Part shown: one piece after another, positions 39,392-51,749 of the stretch | Layout of the letters: each line of letters starts with the position of its first letter | Position numbering within the stretch: the first letter of the stretch is position 1 | NCBI RefSeq assembly: GCF_037042905.1 | Contig: NC_087257.1 | Span: forward strand, 15,748,001-15,812,000 | Length of the DNA stretch: 64,000 nt | Reading direction: 5' to 3' | DNA from: Lytechinus pictus | Lineage: Eukaryota | Translations under genes and position numbers: made by a program | Notes under the pieces: model-generated | What the model saw: only the letters and a program-made list of their open reading frames with translations | What the model was told of the DNA's origin: nothing | Database searches by the model: none

Positions 39392-41621
39392 ATGAGTGGA
39401 TCATCTGAAAGTATCAAGTCCGAGGACTCGGCCAGCCAAGGTGGTAAGAGTTCAACAGCGTCATCGAGGATAAAGACGAAGGCCAAGAAGGCAGCCCTGG
39501 CAGCAGAGCTAGCATCCTTGAAGGAACAGCATGAGTTAGAGCTTCAAGAGTTTCAACTACAGCAAAAGAAGGCAAAGTATATGTTAGAAACTAAGCTCAA
39601 AGTTACAGCAGCAGAAGAGGCTGTATATGAACAATTTGATCAGCATCCCAGTCAACTCGACGTTAAGATAGAACCCACAAGTGAAGAACTTGGTCAACAG
39701 CAGCAGCCTGTTCAGCCACAGATTCAGGCCAGCGAGCGTGACAACAATGTACCGCACGAGAATTTGGAAGACACAATGCCATACCCGCAGCACAACCAAG
39801 ATTTGTATCAGTATCAGCAAATACAGCATCGTTTGTTGGAAGCAATAAGCCTGTCAAATGTGGAAATCATGAAGTTTAACGGTAACCCTTTACACTATCA
39901 TGAGTTCATGGCATGTTTTGATAATTTGATAGGCTCGTCTACACTAGACAGAGGGACAAAGCTCATGAAGTTGTATCAGTGCTGTGAAGGGGATGTAAAG
40001 AACATCATACAGTGTTGTATGGTAATGGATCCAGTGCTAGGATATCAACGCGCCAGAGAATTACTGAGAGAACGCTTTGGCAGTAGATTTAAGATAGGAG
40101 AAGCATGGATTGAACAGATAACTAATGGTTCAGCACTTCATGCAAATGATAGAACTGGACTACGCAAGTTTGCTGACGAATTACAGGTATGTCTTGAGAC
40201 TCTTAAGGCATTGAATCTGACAAAGGAAATCAGCAGTAACAGAGAGCTGGTCAAACTGGCAGAAAGACTACCATTTCATCTCAAAGCTAGATGGTTGAAA
40301 GTAGTGAGAGACATTAGGCAAAGAGGTCGATCTCCAGATATCACTGACATGGTGAAGTTTGTATCTGATGCCGCCGAAGAAGTTAACGATCCAGTCTTCG
40401 GTGAGCTGACTGCGACTTCTCCAAGATCAGCATCTAAACCAAGCTTCAACAAGCAACATTCAAAGAGCAGCTACTCTACAGCAGTCACTGATAATTCAAG
40501 CTTTCCTAAGCCCAAGAAGTGCTTCAAGTGTTATCAAGACCATACCTTGTTTGGTTGTGACAGCTTTAAGTCCATGACACCTGATGAGAGATTTAAATTT
40601 GCACAAGAGAACAGACTATGTTTCAATTGCTTGCAACACGGTCACACCAGCAGATTTTGCAAGTTGAACAGAACATGCTCAGTTCCAGGATGTCAGAGAA
40701 AACATACAAAGTTCCTCCACTTATTTCGGGAAAGCTCATCACCTGTAAGAGGTACTCCGCATCAAGAGATAGAGAATAAAGCTCGACCAAATAAACATTT
40801 GAGATCTTCTTCCACTCAAACGCCATTTGATGAAATCCAAACAGCACAGAATAGCTTCATCAAGAAATCGGTCACGGGGGCCGGTAGGTGTGTACTCCCC
40901 ATTGTACCAGTGAGGGTGAGAGCTTGTGGCGAGGGTAATGCTGTTGAAACCTATGCACTCCTGGACAGTGGTTCTACTAGCACCTTTTGTACAGCATCCT
41001 TAGCTAGGCAGCTTCATGCAGTGGAAAGGAAACAAAGTCTCAATCTGACAACACTGGAAAGGTCTAACAACATGGTAGATACATCGGTCGTGAGCCTAAT
41101 AGTAGATACTGGTCCAGATACAGAGATTGTGAAGCTACCATGTGTTTATACTAGAGAGTCCATAAACATTCATGATTCCCATATTGCTAAAGTAGATGAT
41201 GTGACAGGATGGCACCACCTAGATGGAATCAACGTCCCTATCGTCACACAACATGAAGTTGGACTTTTGATCGGGCAAGATGTTCCCGGAGCATTGATTC
41301 CCATGGAGGTTAGAGCAGCCGATGATGGCCCATACGCCATAAGAACCAAATTAGGATGGGCCGTGAGTGGTCCTGTTCAGTCTAAGGTGCTACATAACAT
41401 ACATAAAGCTTCTGCTAGCTTTATTGATAGTAATAGCGAGCTTGAAGATCAACTTCAAAGATTCTGGAAAATTGAAGGCACAATCATTCTTCAGAGGGAC
41501 AAGGATATGTCTTTGAACGACAGAAAGGTGTTGAAATTCTGGGAGAATAGTATTGAAAGAGATAATGGTCATTATCAATTGCCAATACCGTTCAAGGAAA
41601 GGCCACCAAATCTACCAGACA
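39392..41621 (+). CDS. gag-pro: BEL/Pao polyprotein N-part of subfamily A: Gag (DUF1759-like, 3 zinc knuckles) + aspartic protease; truncated by an inversion before RT
   Basis: CFKCYQDHTLFGC, CFNCLQHGHTSRFC, CSVPGCQRKHTKFLH; ALLDSGS; LLIGQD; PYAIRTKLGW. Confidence 0.93.
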
Positions 41622-43717
41622 CAAAGAGTCAATAAACCTTCATCGGTAAGTGTCTGCTGTTTGACCACGGCACTCAAGACCTTCTTTGTCGTTCTAATTT
41701 GTCTTTCCCAAGCTCCACCCATATGAGAAGCAGTGGGTGGGTTAAACTTCCAGTCTATTCCTTCTTGAAGTAGGCGACCCTGGATTCTTTGTTGGTTCCA
41801 CCGCTTCAGTCCTTCTCTCAATTCACGTTCAGCACCCACAAAGTTGGTGCTATTGTCCGACCTGATAATCTCTGGTTGACCACGGCGGGAAATAAATCTG
41901 TTGAGTGCATTCAAAAATGAATCTGTCTCTAATGAATGTAGTACTTCTATGTGAACAGCTCTAATAATCAAACAGGTAAAGATACATCCATATCTTTTTA
42001 CCAAATTTCTTCCTTGCTTTATCATGTATGGTCCAAATACATCGACTCCAACGTAGCTGAAGGGAGGTTTGCTAGGTAACACTCTATCTGATGGCAAATC
42101 AGCCATTTTCTGTTCCACTGGACTGGCACGTAGTCTTCTACATGTAAAGCAGTTGTGTAATACTTGCCGTACTGCTTGCCTTCCCTTGAGTATCCAGTAC
42201 CTTTCCCTCAGCAGCGAAAGCACGTGTTCCTTTCCTGAGTGCCCGGACAAGGAGTGATAATGTTGTATCAAGAGTTTCACAACATGATGCTTTGGTGGCA
42301 GGATAACTGGATGTTTTGTCTGCTCGTCCAGAGGCGAATTTTGAAGCCTTCCTCCAACACATATTAGGCCTCCGTCTGTAAACTGGACATTCAATTTGGA
42401 AAGCGGACTGGAATTGGCTACTTGAATTGCTGCATCTCCCTGCACAGCCGTGCTTTGCTGTAAGGCCTTGTATTCCTTGGAATATGTCTGTTGTTGGATG
42501 TACCTCACAATAGCCTCTTCAGCTTTACTCATATCGCTAGCATCAAGTGAGCTCCTTTCATCACATGTTTGTCCTTTCGTCTTGTTCAACAAGTGTTGTC
42601 TCACTCGAAGGATCCAGGCAACTACTACCTTTAGTTTGTGCCATGACGAGTAGTGTGTTAACAGGCTGTCTACTGTATTGGATTGGTCGGTGTCAGTCGT
42701 AAATACCTGAGTATCCTTCCTCCTTTTCACCTCTGGGTCATTCTCTTCAACAGTCTCAGTTGTAGTAGGATCATCTGGCCATTCATTTTCGTTTTGCTGG
42801 ATGAAATTTGGACCTACAAGCCATCTAGAATTTGCCTTTAGCTCATCAGCCGTCATACTTCTCGTGACATCATCTGCTGGATTACACTGAGTCTTGATGT
42901 AATGCCACTGACTTGGCACTGATTGATCTCGAATAGCTGCTATTCTATTGGCCACGAAGGTATGAAACCTTTTGTCCTCGTTCCTAATATACTGCAAAAC
43001 TATAGTGCTATCGGTCCAGTACACCGATCGCTTGATGGGTATTTCCAATTCCCTTCTCAGAAAGGCATCCAATTTTACTGCAAGAGCGGCCGCCATTAAT
43101 TCAAGTCGAGGGATAGTCATTCTCTTTAGTGGGGCGAGGTGTGATTTGGCAATGATCAACCCACTATAACTCTGGCCAGTTGCATTCTTCAACACTAGGT
43201 AAGATGAAACTCCATATGCCATCTCTGAAGCGTCTGCAAAGTGGTGTACTTCATATTCCTTTACTTCACCAAAATTATGAGGTTTAACGCATCTGTTCAC
43301 TTGAAAATCGGCCATCTTGGGTAGATCAATTAACCATTCATTCCACTTTTCCATTTCGGTCACCGGAATTATCTCATCCCAACCAAGGTTAAGTCTGGTC
43401 AATTCCTGCAGAATTATCTTAGCCCTCAAAGTGAAGGGGATAATGTAGCCAAGAGGGTCGTAGATTGAAGACACTATACTCAATATTCCTCGTCTTGTGG
43501 GTGGTTTGTCTCTGGGTCTGAACTTGTACAGCAAGCAGTCCATCTCCACATCCCAGGTTACTCCAAGTGCTCTTTCGACAGGTAATGCATCTCGATTAAG
43601 ATCTAGACCCTTGATGTTTTTAGCTCTCTCTTCTTCGGGGATTGACTGCAATACAGATGGATTGGAACTGATCCATTTATGTAACCTGAATCCACCATCT
43701 CTGAGTACATTCATCAA
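41611..43717 (-). pseudogene. pol: Inverted pol fragment of A: RT C-terminal tail, RNase H, integrase zinc finger and DDE core
   Basis: GGFRLHKW, YDPLG, FADASEMAYG, PRLELMAA, WTDSTIVL, NPAD, HYHSLSGH..CFTC, GVDVFGP, RSDNSTNF, GGAWERQI. Confidence 0.93.
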
Positions 43718-44267
43718 GGGTCTAGATCTTAATCGAGATGCATTACCTGTCGAAAGAGCACTTGGAGTAACCTGGGATGTGGAGATGGACTGCTTGCTGT
43801 ACAAGTTCAGACCCAGAGACAAACCACCCACAAGACGAGGAATATTGAGTATAGTGTCTTCAATCTACGACCCTCTTGGCTACATTATCCCCTTCACTTT
43901 GAGGGCTAAGATAATTCTGCAGGAATTGACCAGACTTAACCTTGGTTGGGATGAGATAATTCCGGTGACCGAAATGGAAAAGTGGAATGAATGGTTAATT
44001 GATCTACCCAACATGGCCGATTTTCAAGTGAACAGATGCGTTAAACCTCATAATTTTGGTGAAGTAAAGGAATATGAAGTACACCACTTTGCAGACGCTT
44101 CAGAGATGGCATATGGAGTTTCATCTTACCTAGTGTTGAAGAATGCAACTGGCCAGAGTTATAGTGGGTTGATCATTGCCAAATCACACCTCGCCCCACT
44201 AAAGAGAATGACTATCCCTCGACTTGAATTAATGGCGGCCGCTCTTGCAGTAAAATTGGATGCCTTT
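43061..44267. repeat. Fold-back inverted repeat: 556-bp arms (43061-43616 / 43712-44267), 95-nt spacer
   Basis: Arms are reverse complements with one substitution seen (LPK vs LPN); CATCAA at the junction. Confidence 0.93.
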
Positions 44268-44276
44268 GCATCGTTT

Positions 44277-44888
44277 AGTTCAGCCCGTCGTGACTTTACA
44301 GTAGAATTCAAGATAATCGGTTCAAGTCCAATGTTGTAAGTAAAAGGACCTTTATATTTCCGTAATGTAATGTTTAACTGAATATATGGAACCAAAATTA
44401 ACTTGAGACGATAATTAATTTGTTGTTAATTTAGCTCATAACTTTGGTGAAAGTGTTTGGAGTTTACGTATAGAATACACGTGTGATAAACGTATATTGA
44501 CATTGTACATTGATAGGTACTTGGACATGCACATGAAGAGTGTTGCGTAATAGCATATCGGTACGGTACTGTGTGGTAATCTCGCACACAGTGCATAGTA
44601 GGCTATTCATGTTCAGAGTTGTAAACGAAATGGAATGTCAAATAAACAAATGTTGTTCTTTGTTAGCTACATTTGGTTCTAGTTGTTGAAAAGGATACAG
44701 TATATGTATGAGTTTGGAAATAAGGCATTAAAGCCAGTTTTTGGTGCATTTTAAAGCCCTGATAATTACAAATAACACATACAGTGAAGGTGAAATAAAA
44801 GCCTAGTTATTGGTTTGAGTAAAGTTATTGCTAGTCAATAATGCCTCAGAGTATATAGTTTAGAGGCAAGGTAATATTTAAGTATCGT
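44277..44888 (+). repeat. Internal fragment of A-type LTR (starts at LTR nt about 142)
   Basis: Carries A-diagnostic variants GGTTCAAGTCC, AACTTGAGAC. Confidence 0.88.
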
Positions 44889-44933
44889 TTTTAAGTTAAT
44901 TTTGGTTCCATATATTCAGTTAAACATTATTAT

Positions 44934-47900
44934 TGTGACGTATAACTACTAGTGACTTGACAGTAGACAGTACTCAAACAAAAGACTCGGTGACGCGGAA
45001 TTTCCAGTTATCATACGATGCATGAAGTATACAATCTGGGCATACCATCTAGCATACCATCGAGCATACCATCGAGCATACCTTTCAAATTCTGTCAATG
45101 TATTCCAAATGACCTTGAATAAACTTTGCAATATGCGGTAAATAAACAAAACCTTGACTTCGTCTCATTTGTCCTTTATATCCACTACGATACTTAAATA
45201 TTACCTTGCCTCTAAACTATATACTCTGAGGCATTATTGACTAGCAATAACTTTACTCAAACCAATAACTAGGCTTTCATTTCACCTTCACTGTATGTGT
45301 TATTTGTAATTATCAGGGCTTTAAGATGCACCAAAAACTGGCTTTAATGCCTTATTTCCAAACTCATACATATACTGTATCCTTTTCAACAACTAGAACC
45401 AAATGTAGCTAACAAAGAACAACATTTGTTTATTTGACATTCCATTTCGTTTACAACTCTGAACATGAATAGCCTACTATGCACTGTGTGCGAGATTACC
45501 ACACAGTACCGTACCGATATGCTATTACGCAACACTCTTCATGTGCATGTCCAATTACCTATCAATGTACAATGTCAATATACGTTTATCACACGTGTAT
45601 TCTATACGTAAACTCCAAACACTTTCACCAAAGTTATGAGCTAAATTAACAACAAATTAATTATCGTCTCGAGTTAATTTTGGTTCCATATATTCAGTTA
45701 AACATTACATTACGGAAATATAAAGGTCCTTTTACTTACAACATTGGACTTGTACCGATTATCTTGAATTCTACTGTAAAGTCACGACGGGCTGAACTTT
45801 AAATCTTTGTCGATCTTGGCAAGGCAAATTTCCAACGCCCTCTATCGACCCAGATAAATGATGCTACAACTCAATTAACGTCTCTGACGTCATGTTAAAT
45901 ATTTCAAAGAAAAAATACACTTTCTAAATCTTACACTCCGGCCCCTTAAATGCATAGACACAACGGAGCATTTATCAATTTTTTCTTTCACGATTAAAAT
46001 TTACACTGTATCTTGCTTCCCTTTAATCATTTGAACTGACTGGTAAGTAAGAATACACTAAACTCCAAATACCTTTAAATTGCATGTACCTGTATATAAA
46101 TAATAACATGCACTATTTGCTTTAGTACACATAATTGGCTTTGACAACAATTGAAATCGACAACCCTTTCCAATATGGCAGTCTAGAAAATAATTTGATA
46201 TAAACTTTAAATGCTTGTGACCTAGAGACATTCAGTTATGCTCAAGAAAATAATGAATTGCCTTTTTCCTGCAATCATCTATAAAACATTGTCCCTTTAA
46301 AACATAAATTAACATCTATGTCCTATTATTTTTTACAAACATTGTGTTCCCTATTACACAATATCATATCATTTTCTGGGTCTTCACAGATTAAATTCAA
46401 ATTCTAGCTGAGCATACAGTATATACACAAAGTATAAATCTAACGTTATGTATCTTCAATCCTTACAACTCTTTGAATATTTCCAACTATTCTTTTCTTG
46501 CAAAAACACTTGAATTGAGTCGGTGTTTAAACTCAAAAGTGAACCTGTTTTTTGTCTCCTCTTAATCAGCAATGACAATATCAAACTCTCTGCATCAAAT
46601 CTGGCACCTTTGTAAGAATAGTCTTGTTTGAATAACATACTTTATCAACTGTGATCATCAAATATGCCTTTTAGATCACAAAATACACAAAAAATACATC
46701 CTGAGGATGAGATACATTTACTAGATTAACTAGTCTCTTATCAAGTTGAAATATCCCTTTTATATAGTCTTTCTTCAATCCACAATTTAATAAACGTTTT
46801 AATGAATTTCGGAACTTATTATGTCCATCATCTTGAAATTCAAAGTTCTTCATGTTGTCGTCAATTTCAAACTGTTCATGTTGTAACTCATGATTCATTA
46901 TAGTCTTGTTTTAAGTCTTGAATGTTTCTAAACTTTCCATTCTTTAAGAATGATTTGCTGCTTGGCTGAATGTCGTCGTGATAAACTGCTTGAAAATGTC
47001 CTCCACTCTAACAGTCATTCATCTCGAAACAATGAGAATGATTGGTTTCAAATTTTTGAACATTCCTTTGAGCATTTCAAAACAATTCTTGATAACTGAT
47101 GCAAATTCCTTTTCCTTGATTAGCAATTCCTGCTTTTGCTGTGCTATCAAATTATCAATTTTCAATCGACCTGGTACCACACTAATCGTCTTGTATTGTT
47201 CTATAAGAGCAAATTCAATATAAAGAAAATTTTACTCACTAATTTTAAACTTTCTGCTATTTCCAAAAATACGATTTCTGAACTGGTCCTTTTTGGATCT
47301 CACCTGCTACATTTTTACACTTTCACCACAATGAGAAATATATCTTTGTAGTGCCTTAAATTCAAATATTTTCTCTAACAAAATACATATGTATCAGATA
47401 ATTTTTATGACCAAACATGTACGTGTACAGATTCAACCGTATCCCTTTTCTGAATTTCTTTGTTTTACAATGTACGGTGTGAAACTGTCAACTCCAAAAT
47501 ACATGTAGCCAAATAAAGGTTTACCAGGTGACACTCTGGGCAGATTGGCCAGGTCCGGCCCCTGTGGAACCTTGTCAGGTAATGCTTCTTCATTATGCTT
47601 TGCCACACAATCACTAATAACTTGTGGACTTATGATTAAATGGTGAGGTAAGTACAATGAGGTTATATCTTCTAATTGTTCTGTCTTATTAACTTTCATT
47701 ATAGAGTAGTTACTTAGCATATGTTCTACGTCCACTTGGTGTTTCTTCTGAAGTGTATCATCTATCAGTAATCTCTTGGGTGACGACTGCAAACGCTGTT
47801 CTGCAGTCAAAATGTCGTCTGGTAGTTTTGGCGTTTTCTTCTCAAACGACGTTGGCGATAGGTTGTGAACTCCATCCTTTTTACCACTACTCTCCCGGAA

Positions 47901-50900
47901 AGCTGACGCATTACTAACATTGATGGACGAAACCTTGTCCTTCTGAAGAACTTCTGAGCTTTCATTCTTCCTGAATATCTGAAGTCTGCCATCCTCCAGT
48001 TTGATGTCGCTACCAACAAAGCTTGTAGTAGCTGTGTGTATGTCTTCTGGCATCTTGGGCTGGACAGGACCACTTACTGCCCATCCTAATTTGGTTCTTA
48101 CAGCATAAGGTCCATCCTCGGATGCTCTAATTTCTATAGGTATCAATGCTCCAGGCACATCTTGTCCGATCAAAAGTCCAACTTCATGTTGTGTGACGAT
48201 AGGAATGTTGATTCCTTCTAGGTGGTTCCATCCTCTGATGTCTTCCATCTTGGCGATGTGAGATTCTTTGACGTTGATTGACTCTCTTGTATATACACGT
48301 GGTAACTTCACTATCTCTGTATCTTTGCCTGTGTCTACTATGAGGCTAACAACTGATGTATCTACTGTGCTGTTAGATCTTCCAAGTGTTGATAGATTTA
48401 GACTTTGCTTCCTTTCCACTGCATTAAGTTGTCTGGATAGGGCTGCTGTACAAAACGTGCTGGTAGAACCAGTATCTAGGAGTGCGTAAGTTTCAACAGA
48501 CTGGCTCTCGTTGTGTGCCCTTACCCTAACTGGAACGATGGGAAGTACACACCTACCGGCCCCTGTGACCGACTTATCAATGAAGCTATTCTGAGCTGTT
48601 TGGATTTCATCAAATGGCGTTTGAGTGGAAGATGATATCAAATGTTTATTTGGTTGAGGCTGATTCTCTATCTCTTGATGCGGAGTACCTCTTTCAGGTG
48701 ACAAGCTTTCCCGAAATAAGTGGAGAAACTTTGTATGTTTTCTCTGACATCCTGGTACTGAGCATGTTCGGTTCAACTTACAAATTCTGCTGGTATGACC
48801 TTGTTGCAAGCAATTGAAACATAGTCTGTTCTCTTGTGCAAATTTAAATCTCTCATCAGGTGTCAGAGACTTAAAGCTGTCACAACCAAACAAGGTATGG
48901 TCTTGATAACACTTGAAGCACTTCTTGGGCTTAGGAAAGCTTGAATTATCAGTGACTGCTGTAGAGTAGCTGCTCTTTGAATGTTGCTTGTTGAAGCTTG
49001 GTTTAGATGCTGATCTTGGAGAAGTCGCAGTCAGCTCACCGAAGACTGGATCGTTAACTTCTTCGGCGGCATCAGATACAAACTTCACCATGTCAGTGAT
49101 ATCTGGAGATCGACCTCTTTGCCTAATGTCTCTCACTACTTTCAACCATCTAGCTTTGAGATGAAATGGTAGTCTTTCTGCCAGTTTGACCAGCTCTCTG
49201 TTACTGCTGATTTCCTTTGTCAGATTCAATGCCTTAAGAGTCTCAAGACATACCTGTAATTCGTCAGCAAACTTGCGTAGTCCAGTTCTATCATTTGCAT
49301 GAAGTGCTGAACCATTAGTTATCTGTTCAATCCATGCTTCTCCTATCTTAAATCTACTGCCAAAGCGTTCTCTCAGTAATTCTCTGGCGCGTTGATATCC
49401 TAGCACTGGATCCATTACCATACAACACTGTATGATGTTCTTTACATCCCCTTCACAGCACTGATACAACTTCATGAGCTTTGTCCCTCTGTCTAGTGTA
49501 GACGAGCCTATCAAATTATCAAAACATGCCATGAACTCATGATAGTGTAAAGGGTTACCGTTAAACTTCATGATTTCCACATTTGACAGGCTTATTGCTT
49601 CCAACAAACGATCCTGTATTTGCTGATACTGATACAAATCTTGGTTGTGCTGCGGGTATGGCATTGTGTCTTCCAAATTCTCCTGACGTACATTGTTGCG
49701 ATGCTCGCTGGCCTGAATCTGTGGCTGAATGGGCTGCTGCTGTTGACCAAGTTCTTCACTTGTGGGTTCTATCTTAATGTCGAGTTGACTGGGATGCTGA
49801 TCAAATTGTTCATATACAGCCTCTTCTGCTGCTGCAACTTTGAGCTTAGTTTCTAACATAAACTGTGCCTTCTTTTGCTGTAGATGAAATTCTTGAAGCT
49901 CTAACTCATGCTGTTCCTTCAAGGATGCTAGCTCTGCTGCCAGGGCTGCCTTCTTGGCCTTCGTCTTTATCCTCGATGACGCTGTTGAACTCTTACCACC
50001 TTGGCTGGCCGAGTCCTCGGACTTGATACTTTCAGATGATCCACTCATGGCGACTGTTCTTGACGGTGACGACTGTTCTTACGGTGACGATTGTTATTGA
50101 ACTTTTTGTGACGTATAACTACTAGTGACTTGACAGTAGACAGTACTCAAACAAAAGACTCGGTGACGCGGAATTTCCAGTTATCATACGATGCATGAAG
50201 TATACAATCTGGGCATACCATCTAGCATACCATCGAGCATACCATCGAGCATGTTCAATCTGTAGCATAAAAATATAAACAAACAATAATAAGCATCTGT
50301 ATATGCAGTTACATTTATGTACTTGCATGAGATGAAATAAATAGTCTATGTATTGCACAAATTATTTGTGACGTTTGAATCTTGCATAAATAAATATTCT
50401 GGTTTCCTGTAACAAATTTACCTATCAAATTCTGTCAATGTATTCCAAATGACCTTGAATAAACTTTGCAATATGCGGTAAATAAACAAAACCTTGACTT
50501 CGTCTCATTTGTCCTTTATATCCACTACGATACTTAAATATTACCTTGCCTCTAAACTATATACTCTGAGGCATTATTGACTAGCAATAACTTTACTCAA
50601 ACCAATAACTAGGCTTTCATTTCACCTTCACGGTATGTGTTATTTGTAATTATCAGGGCTTTAAGATGCACCAAAAACTGGCTTTAATGCCTTATTTCCA
50701 AACTCATACATATACTGTATCCTTTTCAACAACTAGAACCAAATGTAGCTAACAAAGAACAACATTTGTTTATTTGACATTCCATTTCGTTTACAACTCT
50801 GAACATGAATAGCCTACTATGCACTGTGTGCGAGATTACCACACAGTACCGTACCGATATGCTATTACGCAACACTCTTCATGTGCATGTCCAATTACCT

Positions 50901-51127
50901 ATCAATGTACAATGTCAATATACGTTTATCACACGTGTATTCTATACGTAAACTCCAAACACTTTCACCAAAGTTATGAGCTAAATTAACAACAAATTAA
51001 TTATCGTCTCGAGTTAATTTTGGTTCCATATATTCAGTTAAACATTACATTACGGAAATATAAAGGTCCTTTTACTTACAACATTGGACTTGTACCGATT
51101 ATCTTGAATTCTACTGTAAAGTCACGA
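44934..51127 (-). mobile_element. Non-autonomous BEL element B, nearly complete (5' LTR 50107-51127 lacking its first about 150 nt; 3' LTR 44934-45935 with about 162-bp deletion; PPT 45936-45947)
   Basis: LTR-ORF-3'UTR-PPT(AAGGGGCCGGAG)-LTR on the minus strand. Confidence 0.92.
47433..50048 (-). CDS. gag-pro: 871-aa Gag-protease ORF of element B with decayed RT/integrase tail
   Basis: Zinc knuckles, ALLDTGS; tail LYLPHH..QGPDLANLP fused to RVSPGKPLFGY..GVDSFTPY. Confidence 0.92.
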   Translation of the reverse strand: MSGSSESIKSEDSASQGGKSSTASSRIKTKAKKAALAAELASLKEQHELELQEFHLQQKKAQFMLETKLKVAAAEEAVYEQFDQHPSQLDIKIEPTSEELGQQQQPIQPQIQASEHRNNVRQENLEDTMPYPQHNQDLYQYQQIQDRLLEAISLSNVEIMKFNGNPLHYHEFMACFDNLIGSSTLDRGTKLMKLYQCCEGDVKNIIQCCMVMDPVLGYQRARELLRERFGSRFKIGEAWIEQITNGSALHANDRTGLRKFADELQVCLETLKALNLTKEISSNRELVKLAERLPFHLKARWLKVVRDIRQRGRSPDITDMVKFVSDAAEEVNDPVFGELTATSPRSASKPSFNKQHSKSSYSTAVTDNSSFPKPKKCFKCYQDHTLFGCDSFKSLTPDERFKFAQENRLCFNCLQQGHTSRICKLNRTCSVPGCQRKHTKFLHLFRESLSPERGTPHQEIENQPQPNKHLISSSTQTPFDEIQTAQNSFIDKSVTGAGRCVLPIVPVRVRAHNESQSVETYALLDTGSTSTFCTAALSRQLNAVERKQSLNLSTLGRSNSTVDTSVVSLIVDTGKDTEIVKLPRVYTRESINVKESHIAKMEDIRGWNHLEGINIPIVTQHEVGLLIGQDVPGALIPIEIRASEDGPYAVRTKLGWAVSGPVQPKMPEDIHTATTSFVGSDIKLEDGRLQIFRKNESSEVLQKDKVSSINVSNASAFRESSGKKDGVHNLSPTSFEKKTPKLPDDILTAEQRLQSSPKRLLIDDTLQKKHQVDVEHMLSNYSIMKVNKTEQLEDITSLYLPHHLIISPQVISDCVAKHNEEALPDKVPQGPDLANLPRVSPGKPLFGYMYFGVDSFTPYIVKQRNSEKGYG

Positions 51128-51749
51128 GTAGTTATACGTCACTTCATGCATCGTATGATAACTGGAAATTCCGCGTCACCGAGTCTTTTGTTTGAGTACT
51201 GTCTACTGTCAAGTCACTAGTAGTTATACGTCACAAAAAGCTTACTTTGTGTATATACTGTATGCTCAGCTAGAATTTGAATTTAATCTGTGAAGACCCA
51301 GAAAATAATTTGATATAAACTTTAAATGCTTGTGACCTAGAGACATTCAGTTATGCTCAAGAAAATAATGAATTGCCTTTTTCCTGCAATCATCTATAAA
51401 ACATTGTCCCTTTAAAACATAAATTAACATCTATGTCCTATTATTTTTTACAAACATTGTGTTCCCTATTACACAATATCATATCATTTTCTGGGTCTTC
51501 ACAGATTAAATTCAAATTCTAGCTGAGCACACTAATCGTCTTGTATTGTTCTATAAGAGCAAATTCAATATAAAGAAAAAATACACTTTCTAAATCTTAC
51601 ACTCCGGCCCCTTAAATGCATAGACACAACGGAGCATTTATCAATTTTTTCTTTCACGATTAAAAGAAAAAATTGATAAATGCTCCGTTGTGTCTATGCA
51701 TTTAAGGGGCCGGAGTGTAAGATCAAGGTTATCAAGATCTTGCCTTTTT
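51127..51749. other. Patchwork junction of at least 7 short element-derived fragments in both orientations
   Basis: LTR end, 3'UTR and PPT pieces joined at AGAAAAT, AAAGAAAA and similar; includes a 61-bp-arm hairpin 51594-51723. Confidence 0.85.

Noticed and set aside
41612-43831. 739-aa ORF as a genuine gene with N-terminus MGGLSLGLNL..
   Set aside because: The first about 38 residues are antisense read-through of the fold-back arm and the end is a junction frameshift; only 41611-43717 is pol
43497-44339. 280-aa + strand ORF
   Set aside because: Chimera of antisense pol, the duplicated RNase H arm and LTR sequence created by the inverted repeat
45070-45095. 162-bp LTR deletion as a spliced-out intron
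   Set aside because: Breakpoints join at an ATG microhomology, not at GT/AG boundaries
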